Source: Octopus vulgaris (taxonomy: Eukaryota). Taken from it: a DNA stretch of 64,000 nucleotides. The notes below the pieces were generated by a model. It was given only the letters and a program-made list of their open reading frames with translations, was not told the DNA's origin and searched no databases. Each line of letters starts with the position of its first letter. The stretch's first letter is position 1. The position numbers and the translations under genes were made by a program. The stretch is taken from NCBI GenBank assembly GCA_951406725.2, contig OX597830.1, forward strand, positions 73,098,001 to 73,162,000, written 5' to 3'. Positions 14,122 through 27,967 of the stretch are shown one piece after another.

Positions 14122-14770
14122 TTATACACATAAATAATAAATGTACATACATGCGTACGCGCACGCATATATACATGTATATGTATATATATACATACTA
14201 ATATACAAGTATATGTATACATACATTTTAATATACATATATTTGAGCGTGCATCTATTAAAATTTCTTTTACTTATACACAAAGAAAATTATACATGAA
14301 GATGTACAAATGGGTGATGTATGTGTATATGCCGTGTGTGTGTGCATGTGTCTGTGTGTGTGTTTGAGTTTGTGTGCCACCGCGTGCGTGTATGCACGTG
14401 TGTGCGTATGTGCGCGTGCTAGTATGTGCGTGTGCTAGTGTGTGCCAGAGAGTGTGTATGCGTGTATATAGATACAAACATGCATACACCCACACTAACA
14501 TTCGCACGAAACTCAGACTGTATGTGTGTGTCTATTGTATACACACATATACAATCATACTTACCCACACGCATAGACGAAATATGCACACACACAATTG
14601 TATAGATACATATTCATGTAAAATTAAGCAATTGTACATTGTATATACATGGGTATGCAACCACTCACACAAAAAAACGTCTTTATATACGTACACAAGC
14701 ACAATCACGCGAGGAGAACCACACAAAATCCACTCAAATTCAGATTTCAACAAAGTATCATCGGAAGTAA

Positions 14771-15120
14771 GGCGGCGAGATGGCAGAAACGTTCTGTGTT
14801 CAAATTCCGCTGAGGTCAACTTTGCCTTTCATCCTTTCGGGATCGATTAAATAATTACCAGTTACGCACTGGGGTCAATATAATCGACTTAATCCGTTTG
14901 TCTGTCCTTGTTTGTCCCCTCTGTGTGTAGCCCCTTATGGGTAATAAAGAACTAGGTATTTCGTCTGTCTTTATGTTCTGAGTTCAAATTCCACCGAGGT
15001 TCACTTTGACTTTCATCCTTTCGTGGTTGATAAATTAAGTACCAGTTACGTATTGGGGTTGATCTAAACGACTGGCCTCCTCCCCAACAATTCAAGGCCT
15101 TGTGCCTAGAGTAGAAAAGA
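14771..15120 (+). mobile_element. SINE family A, composite (unit-tail1-unit-tail2)
   Basis: GCCTTTCATCCTTTCGGG... domain occurs twice, joined at AAAGAACTA|GGTATTTCG (about 14955). Confidence 0.85.
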
Positions 15121-15508
15121 TTAGATATCGGAAGACTTCTTTCTTTTATTCTTTCTTCGTTTTTATCTGCCTTTTTCTCTCCCTATTTCGTTCTTTCTTT
15201 ATTTATTTATCTATCTATCTATTTATTTATTTAATTTAGTAAATCAAATGATGTCCCGAATTTTCGTTTCTGAATTCCACATACAAAGATAAAGAAGTGA
15301 TTTTTAAAAATTCTCAAACGCAGGATAATGCTAATAATATAATCTGACCAGGATAAATTACCCCTATTTTGCACCAAAAAGTGTTGGCGGCCAGCTATGA
15401 GACACGAACAGACACTACTGTGATTAAAAACCTAGTTATATACATATACACACACATAAACTTATATCTATCTATATATCTATCTATTTATCTTTCGAAC
15501 TATGTATG

Positions 15509-15600
<92 letters not shown>

Positions 15601-15601
<1 letters not shown>

Positions 15602-15708
15602 ACAGGAGTAAGACATAAATATGAAACAAGTTGGAAAAAAGAGTACTCAAATACCAGAGGTAGAGTAATATGCTTTATTTAAAAGCAGCAGAAATATAAC
15701 AAAAGCTG
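15601..15708 (-). mobile_element. Truncated copy of the HHR-bearing cassette at 58460-58610
   Basis: Reverse complement CAGCTTTTGTTATATTTCTGCTGCTTTTAAATAAAGCATATTACTCTACCTCTGGTATTTGAGTACTC is nearly identical to 58502-58570. Confidence 0.85.
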
Positions 15709-16306
15709 ATATGCATATACATATCCAAACACACACACATATGTTCACACACGTACAGCCAGGAAGAGGTAGACAAAGAACAAAGGAATGGGTAAGAGTG
15801 CGAGAGAGAAGAAAAAAATGTGGACCTCTATGCAATATTGTTTGTTTCTATTAGAATATTTCCGTGTACGTGTATGTGTTTTCATGTGATTGTGTGTGCA
15901 TGTGTGCGTCTGTGTGTGTGTACGTGTATGTGTATGTGAGTGTATTGTTTGTGAGCCTGTGTGCGTGCGCCTGTTTATATGTGTGTGTCTGCGTGACTGC
16001 GTGACTGCGTGACTGCGTGTGTGTGTGTGCCTGCGTGTGTGCCGACACCCGCCGTCATCCATTCTAAACCGGAAGGCTGGGTTGGCTATTATAGAAGTAA
16101 TTCCTGATAGATTTGCTTAATGATGTATTCATCCAGACGGAGTTTTCCATACCGTGTCTGCCGACCACTGTTCAAACCCTTTACATATGCGCTTAACATA
16201 TGCACACACATTTTCACATAAACATATACATGTATGTATATGTACAGTAGCATACACTCATGCATATATGTGTATGTGTATGTAGATGTACGCGTGTCTG
16301 TGTGTA

Positions 16307-16718
16307 TATTTCTTTACTGCCTACAAGGGGCTAAACACAGAGAGGACAAACAAGGACAGACAAACAGATTAAGTCGATTACATCGACCCCAGTGCGTAAC
16401 TGGTACTTAATTTATCGACCCCGGATGGATGAAAGGCAAAGTCGACCTCGGCGGAATTTGAACCCAGAACGTAACGGCACACGAAATACCTATTTCTTTA
16501 CTGCCCACAAGGGGCTAAACACAGAGGGGACAAACAAGGACAGACAAACGGATTAAGTCGATTACATCGACCCCAGTGCGTAACTGGTACTTAATTTATC
16601 GACCCCGAAAGGATGAAAGGCAAAGTCGACCTCGGCGGAATTTGAACACAGAACGTAACGGCAGACGATATACCGCTAAGCATTTCGCCCGACGTGCTAA
16701 CGTTTCTGCCACCTCGCC
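16307..16718 (-). mobile_element. SINE family A, tandem dimer
   Basis: Two ~180-bp units joined at AAAGAAATA|GGTATTTCG, with a single tRNA-like 5' head. Confidence 0.9.
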
Positions 16719-16741
16719 GACTTTTCGTGTCCGTGTTTATA

Positions 16742-17093
16742 GACGGCGAGCTGGCATCATTGGTACCGCGCCGGTCAATGTAATTAGCCGTATTTCTTTC
16801 GTCTTTACGTTCTGAGTTCGAATGCCGGCAGGGTCGAGACTGCTTTTCGTCATTTCGGAGTGGACAAAAAGTGTACTAGTTGAGCACTGGAGTCAATGTA
16901 ATCGGTTTACCCTCTACCACGAAACTGCCCGCCTTATGCCAAAATTTGAATCGAAGGCGTGGCTTTGCAACCACATGGTTCTCGTTTCAGTCCCACTGCG
17001 TGGCACCTTGGGTTAGTGTCTTCGCCTATAGCCTTGGGCCGACCAAATCCTTGTAAGTGGATTTGGTAGACTGAAATAGAAAGAAGTCCGTCG
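16742..17093 (+). mobile_element. Decayed SINE A followed by a SINE B head
   Basis: GACGGCGAGCTGGC... then CAACCACATGGTT...GTGGCACCTTGGG...GTGGATTTGGTAGAC. Confidence 0.7.
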
Positions 17094-17095
17094 TT

Positions 17096-17203
<108 letters not shown>

Positions 17204-17421
17204 TGTATGCAGGTATGTATGTATGTACATATGTGTGTGTGTGCATTTGCATAGTCGTTAATTACATACACACTTATATACATTTTATCGCTTGTTAACT
17301 CATTCGATTACACACACACATATACGTGTGTGTGTGCATATATATATACATACATACACATATACACACACATATATATATATATAAATATATGTATTGT
17401 GCAGGTATATATATGCGCTTA

Positions 17422-17471
<50 letters not shown>

Positions 17472-17914
17472 CATACATATATGCGTGCGCGTGTTTGAGA
17501 GAGAGAGAGAAACAGAGGGAGAGAGAGAGAGAGAAACAGAGAGAGAGACAGATAGACAGAGGGACATGTTTCGGGTAAAAGGGATCAGCAATAGAACGAT
17601 AACAAAAGTATTATTTACTGACTTAAGATTATTTATAATTGCAAATCTGGTCCTTTGTGTTTTGAGACGTCAGATGTACTTACCTCTTATGCACTTCTAT
17701 CCAGAGAATTTGTATGTGCCTTTGTGTGTATATGTGTGTGTGTGTGTTTGTGTGTATGTGTGTGTGGGTATGTGTGTGTGGGGGGGTGTACATGTGTGCG
17801 TGACTGCGTGTAAATATGTGTTTGTATGCGTGTGTGTATAACATAAGTTTGTTCTATGCAGTCAACATTTAAATCGTAAGAAACACTATTGGAATATTTG
17901 TTATCTGTTCATGC

Positions 17915-18301
17915 GGAAGGCGCAATGGCCCAGTGGTTAGGGCAACGGACTCGCGGTCATAGGATCGCGGTTTCGATTCCCAGACCGGGCGTTGTGAGTG
18001 ACTATTGAGCGAAAACACCTAAAGCTCCACGAGGCTCCGGCAGGGGATGGTGGTGATCCCTGCTGTTCTCTTTCACCGCAACTTTCTCTCACTCTTACTT
18101 CCTGTTTCTGTTGTACCAGTATTTCAAAGGGCCGGCCTTGTCACTCTCTGTGTCACGCTGAATATCCCCGAGAACTACGTTAAGGGTACACGTGTCTGTG
18201 GAGTTCTCAGCCACTTACACGTTAATTTCACGAGCAGGCTGTTCCGTTGATTCGGATCAACCGGAACCCTCGTCGTCGTAACCGACGGAGTGCTTCCATC
18301 C
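17915..18301 (+). mobile_element. SINE family C, full length with 12-bp TSD
   Basis: tRNA-like head (TGGCCCAGTGGTTAG; GTTTCGATTCC). ATCTGTTCATGC is duplicated at 17903-17914 and 18302-18313. Confidence 0.92.
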
Positions 18302-18344
18302 ATCTGTTCATGCAGCGTAAAAAAATTAATTATATATCCGTATT

Positions 18345-18545
18345 ATTCAAGTAAATTTTGCGTTACGTAAGCATTCTGTTTCTGAAAATGTTGCCGTAAC
18401 ACTGGATTTCGTAATGGCAAGCGTAATTTCCCATACACATTCATATCACTGGAAGTCAATGGAAACATGTTTTTACGATATGGACTCTTGCGTTACGGCA
18501 AGGTTAGTATGAGCTCGACAGTTCCGTAACATGGGGGCTTTCTGC
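18345..18545. mobile_element. Possible Tigger/pogo-type MITE remnant
   Basis: Repeated CGTTAC/CGTAAC sub-palindromes; termini are not clean. Confidence 0.3.
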
Positions 18546-18589
18546 AATTATTTAGCAGATGATCTGATCTCGTATCGTTTGTAAATACT

Positions 18590-19256
18590 GAGGACAGAAT
18601 CGTTAGTACGCCAGACAAAATGCTTAGTATCAATCTTTCCGATTTTAAGTTCTGAGTTCAAATGTCGCGCGGGTGGACCCGACCTGGGGTGCAGTCTCGG
18701 TGGTCGTAGCAAATATTCGATCTATACACATTTCATCCTTTCCAGGTCGGTAAAATAAGTAGCATATGAACACTGGGGTCGATGTAATTGACCTTAGCTC
18801 TTCCTGCAAAATTGCCAAAATTTGAAATTAATACAGAAGCAATTTCACCGTGTAAATGTCATTAGGACCTTTACAGATACAATATTTCCCTTTATATTTT
18901 CATTTTCTAATTGTATTATAGTAATTTAGGGACTCTCGTCCCTCAGTGTTATTGCTTTCCTGACTCCTAGGACTCATAAGGCCAGTTGCTCGGGTTACAT
19001 ATTGCATAACTTACTGAGATCAGAACGTTCCTGCTGAATGGGACACCATTTCAAGGCTAGCAATTTTGAAGGGATTAGTTGATGTGGGACCAGTCGATTA
19101 CGTCGAACCCAGTACTTGACTGGGTCTTTATTTTATCGTCCCCTATGGTATGAAAGGCAAAGTTGACCTCGTCTGGACTTGAATTCAGTTCGTAGGGGAT
19201 CCGGAAGAGACGCCGCTAAGCATTTTGCTTGACGTGCTAATGACTCTCCCAGCTCG
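18590..19256. mobile_element. Decayed SINE A copies (+ at 18590-18830, - at 19051-19256)
   Basis: TTTCATCCTTTCCAGGTCGGTAAAATAAGTA and the reverse-complement GAAAGGCAAAGTTGACCTCG. Confidence 0.65.
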
Positions 19257-20027
19257 TTGTCACTACTGTCTTTGTTGTTGTTGTTATTAGTATTGTTGTT
19301 CCTACTGCTGTTATTATTATTGTTACTGTTTTTTTTTTCGCCCCTATTGCTGTCTTCTTGTTCTTTTAGTCCTTTTAACCCCAGTTCAAATCCGCTCAAG
19401 AACACAATAAAAAATGCATTCCAGCGATGAGCAATCATTTTATTTTAGAGAATACACCTTAGACTGCATCATCTTCCAAGGGCCCTTTTTAATATTTAAC
19501 ATAGCATTCATGGTGTGATTCGATATTGATTTGACTGTTATTTCTAGAAGGCGGTTCAACGAATTTTATACCCTTTAAAACATAGTACAACAATCAGCAA
19601 AGGGAATCATCTTTAATTTGCCATCTTAATTCACTGTTTCACCAGTCGAACGCTTTAATCAGTTTGTGTGAGTAACCAATATATTCTGCAAGGTTAACGT
19701 CATGCCCACTTAAGAATGAGAATATCCTACTCAGATCTCCCTTAATGCCTACGTGTAATTAACAGAGGGTGAGGTGAGACTACGTTTCATGATGTCGATG
19801 AGAGTCTTGTGACGATCGATGCATTCATTATTACACTGCGTAAGCTCTTAAGCACTTGCCAACAATTTTTATGCCACCAGAGAAATAATTATGGAAATCG
19901 TAAAGAAATCGTGTATGTTTATGTGTGTGTGTGTGTGTATGAGTGTGTGTGTGTGTGTGTATATGTGTATGTGTTTGTGTGCGAGTGTGTGCATGTTTAT
20001 ATCAATATATATATATATATATACATG

Positions 20028-20064
<37 letters not shown>

Positions 20065-20139
20065 GTATATCCATATATACAAATGTGCATGTGTAAATAC
20101 ATAAATATATATATGCATATATACATACATATATACATG

Positions 20140-20201
<62 letters not shown>

Positions 20202-20489
20202 TGTATATATAGATATATATGTATGTATATATGTGTGTGTGTCCTCATTGGGTGAGAATCTTTTTTTTATGGTATTGCTGTTGCAACCAAGGCTGCTACT
20301 GCTTCTGTAGTTGTTTTTTATTGTTATTGTTGTTGTTGTTGTTGATGATGATGATGATGATGATGATGATGTTGATCATGAGCATTTTTGAAACGTGAGC
20401 GCCAAGTAATAGTTGAGATTTTGTTATAAAGACAGACAGGAAAAAAAGGGTGATAAACTAGCATGCATTCTGACTTCGTGTATTTATGC

Positions 20490-20577
<88 letters not shown>

Positions 20578-20815
20578 GTGCAGGCATGAGTATGCCGTTA
20601 AGACGATCGCGAAGTAACCATCTGTTTTCGAGTTCCGCCCGCTTCATGTCACCTTTGGCAAGTGTCTTCTACTGCATAAATACGGGCTAATGACGAATGC
20701 CAGGTGATGTAAAGCTGTCGGAAAGTCCGTAGTATAGCTGTTAAAGTGACTGAAAAGTCACTCAAGTCGCATCTAACCACCAGGTTGAATAAAATATTAT
20801 TATCGACAGAAATAA

Positions 20816-21081
20816 GTCGGCGAGCTGGCAGAATCGTTAGTATGCGGAACGAAGTGCTCAGCGGTATTTCGCATGTCGCAACGTCCTGACTTCAAATTTC
20901 GCTGAGGTCAACTTTGCCTTTCATCCTTATGCACTGGGGTCGATATAATCAACTTAATCCGTTTGTCTGTCCTTGTTTGTCTCCTCTGTGTTTAGCTCCT
21001 TGTGGGTAGTAAAGAAATAGGTATTTCGCACGTCGCTACGTCCTGACTTTAAAAACCGCTGAGGTGAGACTTTGCCTTTCA
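20816..21081 (+). mobile_element. SINE family A with partial second unit
   Basis: tRNA head, then tail1, then the AAAGAAATA|GGTATTTCG restart. Confidence 0.8.
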
Positions 21082-21102
21082 TATATATATGTATGTATGT
21101 AC

Positions 21103-21178
<76 letters not shown>

Positions 21179-21193
21179 ATATATGTATGTATG

Positions 21194-21235
<42 letters not shown>

Positions 21236-21281
21236 GGTCACTTTAAATAAAAACATTCGACCCTGCAACACTATGTTTACA

Positions 21282-21324
<43 letters not shown>

Positions 21325-21325
<1 letters not shown>

Positions 21326-22563
21326 CACATGCAGGAAATAGACACCTTTAATTTTCAAAATCTTTTATTTAAAACGCAAAGCGAACAATTGAAATGTAAT
21401 CGATAGGTAGGACTGCATACTTTAGTATTAAGTTAACATTCCCTTTGCAGTTTTTAATTCAGAAACTGTTTTTGGCATTGAACTTATGAGCTTTGTGATT
21501 GTCTCTTGTGAAATTTCCGCCCACTTTTCACGCAACAATCGAAACAATTCATCTTTAGATTTAGGTTTCTGTCGAGTTTTTCGTAATGCTCTTTCTAGTA
21601 TGCTCCAAATATTTTCAGTTGGGTTCATGTCAGGAGATTGACTCAGCCAAGGAAGCTTTTTGATCCCATTTTCAGTCAGTCACTGTCGATTCCTTTTCGC
21701 CGTGTGGCATGGAGCCACTTCTTCCATGATTAAAAACTCATTTTTTGTCATGTTATTGTGTGAATACATCGGAAGTAGTCCTTGCTTAAGTATTTTGATG
21801 TATTTTTCAGAGTTTATGACACCAACACATTCGATCAGCTCAGAACGACCATTGCTGGTGATAGCTCCCCATACCATTACAGAGATCCTGCCATGTTTCA
21901 CAGTTGGTTGGAGTCGTTTCAAATCAAATTCTTGATTGGGAAGCCTTCAAACCCAAACACGTCCACTGTCCGAAAATAATGCAAATCTGGATTAATTTAA
22001 GAAAATCACTCTATCACAAATTGAACTGGATTTTTCTGACATATTGGCCCAGTTCTTTCTTTTCATGATATTAATTGGTTGAAGGAGAGGTTTTCTTCTA
22101 GCTGCTCGTCCATAATACCCATGCTTATGCCGATATGTTCTTGGACTAACTTCTAGCTGTTTTGCAATGTCAGAAGCTTTTGAGCGGAGTTCGATTCCAC
22201 AATTCACTTCAAACAGCGAAGCTTTCTTTCCGAGGGCCCAGGTCGACCGGGACGAGAATTCGTTGATTCATTCCTTGGCGTTTGAATTGTTATTAACAGT
22301 AGCAAGAGGAATTTGAAGATGTTCGGCAATTGGTCGCTGGCTAAGACGAGCCTCAGATTGCCCAACAATCTTTGAAAATCTGATAGTTCTGCTGAATTTT
22401 CTCTTCGTGGTATGGTTACTCTTTGCAAATATTTAATATAATGGCATATGTAAGGAAAAAGAATAATTACATTGTAAATTCTACACCGCTGAAAACATAT
22501 TAAGACGCTTAGATCAGAAATTTTGAAAATTAAAGGTGTCTATTTACTTCCTGCATGTCTGTG
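21325..22563 (-). mobile_element. Tc1-family (DD34E) DNA transposon, decayed full-length copy
   Basis: TIRs ACATGCAGGA..AATAGACACCTTTAATTTTCAAAA at both ends, in TA context; about 1.24 kb. Confidence 0.9.
21428..22413 (-). pseudogene. Tc1 transposase pseudogene
   Basis: Fragments [58 protein letters not shown] and KLISSMP, with multiple stops and frameshifts. Confidence 0.9.
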
Positions 22564-22597
22564 TATCTATATATGTGTGTGTGTGCGTGTGTGTGTG

Positions 22598-22955
22598 TGG
22601 CTGTGTGGTAAGTAGATGCTTCCTACCACATTGTTTTGGGTTCGGTACCACTGCGTGGCACTTTGCGGAAGTGTCATCTACTACAGCCACAGACTGACAA
22701 AACCTTCTGAGTGGATTTGGTAGACAGTGACTGAAAATAAGCCCGTCGTGTATATATATATGTGTGTATATTTATGCGTTTGTCTTTGTGTCTGTGTTTG
22801 TCCCCACCACCAACGCTTGACAACAGATGTTGGTGTGTTTACGACCCCAGCAGAAGAGGGCGATAGGATATGTTCCATTCTTACAAAGACTAAATCCTGG
22901 GGTCGATTTCTTCGACTAAAAGGCAGTGCTACAGCATAGCTGAAACAAGTAAATG
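22598..22955 (+). mobile_element. SINE family B, decayed
   Basis: TGGCTGTGTGGTAAGTAG...GTGGATTTGGTAGAC...CGACTAAAAGGCAGTGCT. Confidence 0.8.
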
Positions 22956-22978
22956 AATATATATATATGTATATACAT

Positions 22979-23015
<37 letters not shown>

Positions 23016-23366
23016 GCGGCGTACGTACACTTTATTCTCTTATATATATATCGGATTCCTTACATGTATAATGCGTACCGGCACAACACTACAGATAAGC
23101 TTAAAAGTCTAACATCACATCACATCGCTTCCGAATATATCGTTTGTCTCCCTTTGCTTTGTAGATGTTCTAGTTGTTTGCCATTGCCGCTTCTTATGGA
23201 TATTAAAGCCGACACTGCCAGTCAATGAAGTTAGATTCTAATAGACCTAAATGACTTTTATATTGATTTTTTATGGCGTTTCTGTGGCTCCAGCTAGCTT
23301 ATCGTCGTACCCCTTTATGTTGATGTGTACATATGTGGATGTGTGTATGCGTGTGTGTGCGTGTAA

Positions 23367-23412
<46 letters not shown>

Positions 23413-23564
23413 ATATAAATATAAGTATATATATATATGCATATATTTACATATACACTTACTATGAATGTACACATATTTGTGTGTAGACATACACCCA
23501 TACATACACACACACGCACACAGACACACACATATATTTGTACATGTTGTCTCTATATGCATCG

Positions 23565-23595
<31 letters not shown>

Positions 23596-23642
23596 TCTGC
23601 ACATATAAATATATATGTGTGTAATGTGTGTGTGTATATATT

Positions 23643-23689
<47 letters not shown>

Positions 23690-24022
23690 GTGTGTGTGTG
23701 TATGTGTGTATAAGAGAGAGGGAGAGAGAGTCATATGCATGTCTGTTTATTTTCTTTTGTGTGTGTTATGTATGTGAATATTCGTATTTGTGTAATATTG
23801 TTTTTTTTTATCTTCAGCATATTTTCGGGATGGATAACTTTTTAATGCTTCTATAATCTTATTTGTTCTTTTTAACGTTTTCCTTACTACGTTCTATTTT
23901 ATACATTTTCTTGTATCTAAAAAGTTTTACTTATTTTTTATTATTATTTTTCTATGTTTTTACTCTTTGTTATCATTCCTCATGTTAATACTCTTGTGTT
24001 TATAATATTCTTATGTCAGTAT

Positions 24023-24703
24023 GGCGGCGAGCTGGCAGAAACGTTAGCACGCCGGGTGAAATGCGTAGCCGTATTTCGTCGAGGTCGAATTCCGCCGAGG
24101 TCGACTTCGCTTTCATCCTTCCGCGGTCGATAAATTAAGTACCAGTTACGCACTGGGGTCGATGTAATCGACTTCATCCGTTTGTCTGTCCTTGTTTGTC
24201 CTCTCTGTGTTTAGCCCCTTGTGAGTAGTAAAGGAAAAAAGGCGGTGAGCTGGCAGAGACGTTAGCTCGCCGGGCGAAATGCTTAGCGGTATTTCCTCTG
24301 CCGTTACGTTGTGAGTTCAAATTCCGCCGAGGTCAACTTTACCTTTCATCCTTTTAGGTTCGATAAATTAAGTACCAGTTACGCACTGGGTTCGATATGA
24401 TCGACTTAATCCCTTTGTCTTTCCTTGTTGTACCATCAGTGTTTAGCCCCCTGTGGGCAATAAAGAAATAAATAGTCGCATGTTAAAAAGGCGGCGAGCT
24501 GGCAGAAACGTTAGCACGCCTTGCGAAATGCCTAGCGATATTTCGTTTGTCGTTACGTTCTGAGTTCAAATTCCGCCGAGGACGACTTTGCTTATCATTC
24601 CTTCGGAATATTTAAATTATGTACCAGTTGCGTACTGGGGTCGATCTAATCGACTCAACCTCCTCCCAGAAAACTTCGGCCTTGTTCCAGGAGTAGTAAA
24701 GAA
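24023..24703 (+). mobile_element. Head-to-tail trimer of SINE family A
   Basis: Three GGCGGYGAGCTGGCAGA heads at 24023, 24241 and 24490, each followed by the Nin/Deu-like domain. Confidence 0.9.
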
Positions 24704-24835
24704 TATTCTTGTTAAAGTAAATTTTTTTCTTCTTCGTCACTTTCTGCTCTTTTATTTCTTATCTTTCTCCTCATCTATCTCTGCTACTCAAAATGATGTC
24801 TATATATATTTTATATTTATTTTATTGGTTCAAGG

Positions 24836-24869
<34 letters not shown>

Positions 24870-25497
24870 CGCAATTACACACACGCACACACAAGCACGC
24901 ACGTACACACATACACACGTATTCGTGTTTGAAATAATGTGTTTGTGTGGGTGTTTCTGAATGCATGTGCGAGTGTGTGTATATGTGTGTATGTGTATGT
25001 GTGCGTGTGTGTGTGTGTGTGTGTGTTTGTGCTTGTGAAAGTGTGTGTGTTTGTGTTTATGAATGTGTGTGCGTGTGTCTGTTTATGAACATGTGTGTGT
25101 GTTTATTCATAAATGTATGTGTATGTATGTGTTTGTGAATGTGTGCATGTGTGTGTGTCTCTGTGCGCGTTCATGTCACTGGCACAGTTTCACTGAATGT
25201 GTAGAAAACCAGTTTCTTGCCATATGTTATAAACCTCACGAGTTCCATCCCCACCCCTCTTCATCTTTTTACTTCAAAATTTTACGCGTTTCAGTCACTA
25301 GACTGTGGTCAAAAATGGACGCTGTCTTCAAGAATTTATCGGACAAATCTTGCCCAGTACCTACTTTTCAAATCTGGTACATGTTATATCGGAATTGTTA
25401 TGCCGAACTTGCTACGCTACAGAGAATAAATAAAGGAAACCGGGAAACTGGTCCTATGAACAAACAATTTATATGATATGCATACCCACACATACTT

Positions 25498-25878
25498 GGA
25501 AGCACTCCGTCGGTTACGACGACGAGGGTTCCGGTTGATCCGATCAACAGAACAGCCTGCTCGTAAAATTAACGTGTAAGTGGCTGAGCACTCCACAGAC
25601 ACGTGTAACCTTAACGCAGTTCTCGGGGATATTCAGCGTGACACAGAGAGTGACAAGGCCGGCCCTTTGAAATACAGGTACAACAGAAACAGGAAGTAAG
25701 AGTGAGAGAAAGTTGTGATGAAAGAATACAGCAGGGATCACCACCATCCCTGCCGGAGCCTCGTAGAGCTTTAGGTGTTTTTGCTCAATAAATACTCACA
25801 ACACCCGGTCTGGGAATCGAAACCGCGATCCTACGACCGCGTGTCCGCTGCCGTAACCACTGGGCCATTGCGCCTCCT
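25498..25878 (-). mobile_element. SINE family C, full length with 12-bp TSD
   Basis: Close reverse complement of 17915-18301. CCACACATACTT is duplicated at 25486-25497 and 25879-25890. Confidence 0.92.
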
Positions 25879-26058
25879 CCACACATACTTATAATAGAGT
25901 GCTAAGACATTCGATGTTTTACCCTGAAATACCCTGTGAAGAGACAAAAGGATAAAGAAGAGAAAACAAAACAGAACGGAAAAGATATTCAGTTAATTTA
26001 AGTAATTTGACACGAATCTAAATCAATCTGAAATTGTGAGTACGCACACACACACGCG

Positions 26059-26108
<50 letters not shown>

Positions 26109-26144
26109 TATACACATATACACAAACACATATACACATATACA

Positions 26145-26367
26145 CTCTTTTACTCTTACACTTGTTTCAGTCATTTGACTGTGGCCATGCTGGAGCACCG
26201 CCTTTAGTCGAGCAAATCGTCTGCAGGACTTATTCTTTGTAAACTTAGTACTTATTCTATCGGTCACTTTTGCCGAACCGCTAAGTTACGGGGACGTAAA
26301 CACACTACCATCAGTTTGTCAAGCGATGTTGGGGGGAACGAGCACAGACACACAAACATATACACAA

Positions 26368-26400
<33 letters not shown>

Positions 26401-26563
26401 CGACGGGATTCTTTTAGTTTCTATTTACCTATTCCACTCACAACTCTTTGGTCGGCCGGAAGCTGTAGTAGAAGACACTTACCCAAGGTGCCACGTAGTG
26501 GGACTGAACACGGAACCATATGGTTCGTAAGCAAGCTACTTACCACACACCCACTCCTACGCT
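26145..26563 (-). mobile_element. SINE family B, full length
   Basis: Reverse complement of the 42091-42494 architecture, from head to tail. Confidence 0.88.
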
Positions 26564-26575
26564 ATAAACATATCG

Positions 26576-26665
<90 letters not shown>

Positions 26666-26825
26666 CATATATATATATTCATATACATATATATATATTC
26701 ATATATATATATATATATTTACATATGTATGTATTCATATATATATTCATATACATATATATATATTCATATATGTATATATATATATTTACATATGTAT
26801 GTATTCATATATATATATATATATT

Positions 26826-26908
<83 letters not shown>

Positions 26909-27701
26909 TGAGAGAGAGAGAGAGGGAGAGAGAGAGAAGGGGGAGGAGAAAGTGAGACAAAGTGTGTAGGAGTATAGAAATCACAAAGGTCTATAACTAT
27001 TGTATTTGTTTGGAATAAATTTGTGGATACTATACAATGATCACGATCACGTATATTGGTAATATTTTCCCCGTTTATTGTTGAATTTTACGTGTTCTAG
27101 CGTTCTCTCATCTACTTAGCTCAAATGAATACAGTTGATTACTCGTAAGTGCTTTCATATATACTTTCCAAGATATCGATTGAACAGGGTGTCTGTCCAG
27201 TTGAATGGACTTCGAGCGAAGACAGTGAAGCAATCAGAAATGCTGAGTTCTCCTAGGGTGTTGTGGAAATCGACGCGTAGCTTTCTGCGACACAGGAGGG
27301 ATCGCCCTATACAAATGCAAGCCAAAATATTTGGCACTAGACAGCGATGAGAGTTATAAAGCAGAAATCACCTACTGAGGAGGGCGCGCTAAGCTTTGGG
27401 AGTGATGTTGGTCAAAAGGTTGAGAAACAAGAGTTCAGGAGACGGTGTTGCGGAGGTCATAATATATTTTCACTTTTACATTTTCTTGTTTCGTTGTTGA
27501 ACTGTGGTCTTGCTTATATAGTTCTTCACTATATTCAGTGCGGTGTTTATTTTAGACCATATCACGCTTGTGAGGTGGTTGGCGGGCAATTTTGACTGGT
27601 CTTGTACATACGTGCATATATATGTATGTATGGACGTTCGTATATGTAAGTATAATGTATGTTCTGTATATATATATATATATTTGTATTTATGTACCCA
27701 G

Positions 27702-27774
27702 CTGGTATATTCAACTGACGAAGGCAGTGCTTATTTGAAGCAAATCCAGAAATCCAGGATCTTGAATTATCCAG
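27702..27774 (+). ncRNA. Candidate type I minimal hammerhead ribozyme
   Basis: CTGG-TAT-ATTCAA-CTGACGA-[A GG..TGCTT/AAGCA..CC A]-GAAA-TCCAGGA-TC^TTGAAT-TAT-CCAG. Canonical core, helix I of 6 bp plus an internal loop plus 4 bp, and a palindromic helix III. Confidence 0.65.
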
Positions 27775-27914
27775 TAAAATCTTTTTTGCTAATTTATTTC
27801 GTCCCTCTGTCTTATCTCATGGCGCAATATGAACATTTAAGGTGGTTTTTGGAGTCGGGGTCTTGACTGCTATTTCGGCATATATGTTAAATACTATCAG
27901 TTGAATATTTAACA

Positions 27915-27967
<53 letters not shown>

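Noticed and set aside
17915-17990. tRNA gene-like sequences (also at 24023, 42091, 57867)
   Set aside because: They are SINE heads with an imperfect cloverleaf, attached body and tail, TSDs and multiple copies.
24023-24703. Regularly spaced repeats suggestive of a CRISPR array
   Set aside because: The units are ~220-bp SINE copies with no unique spacers or cas genes, in a eukaryotic context.
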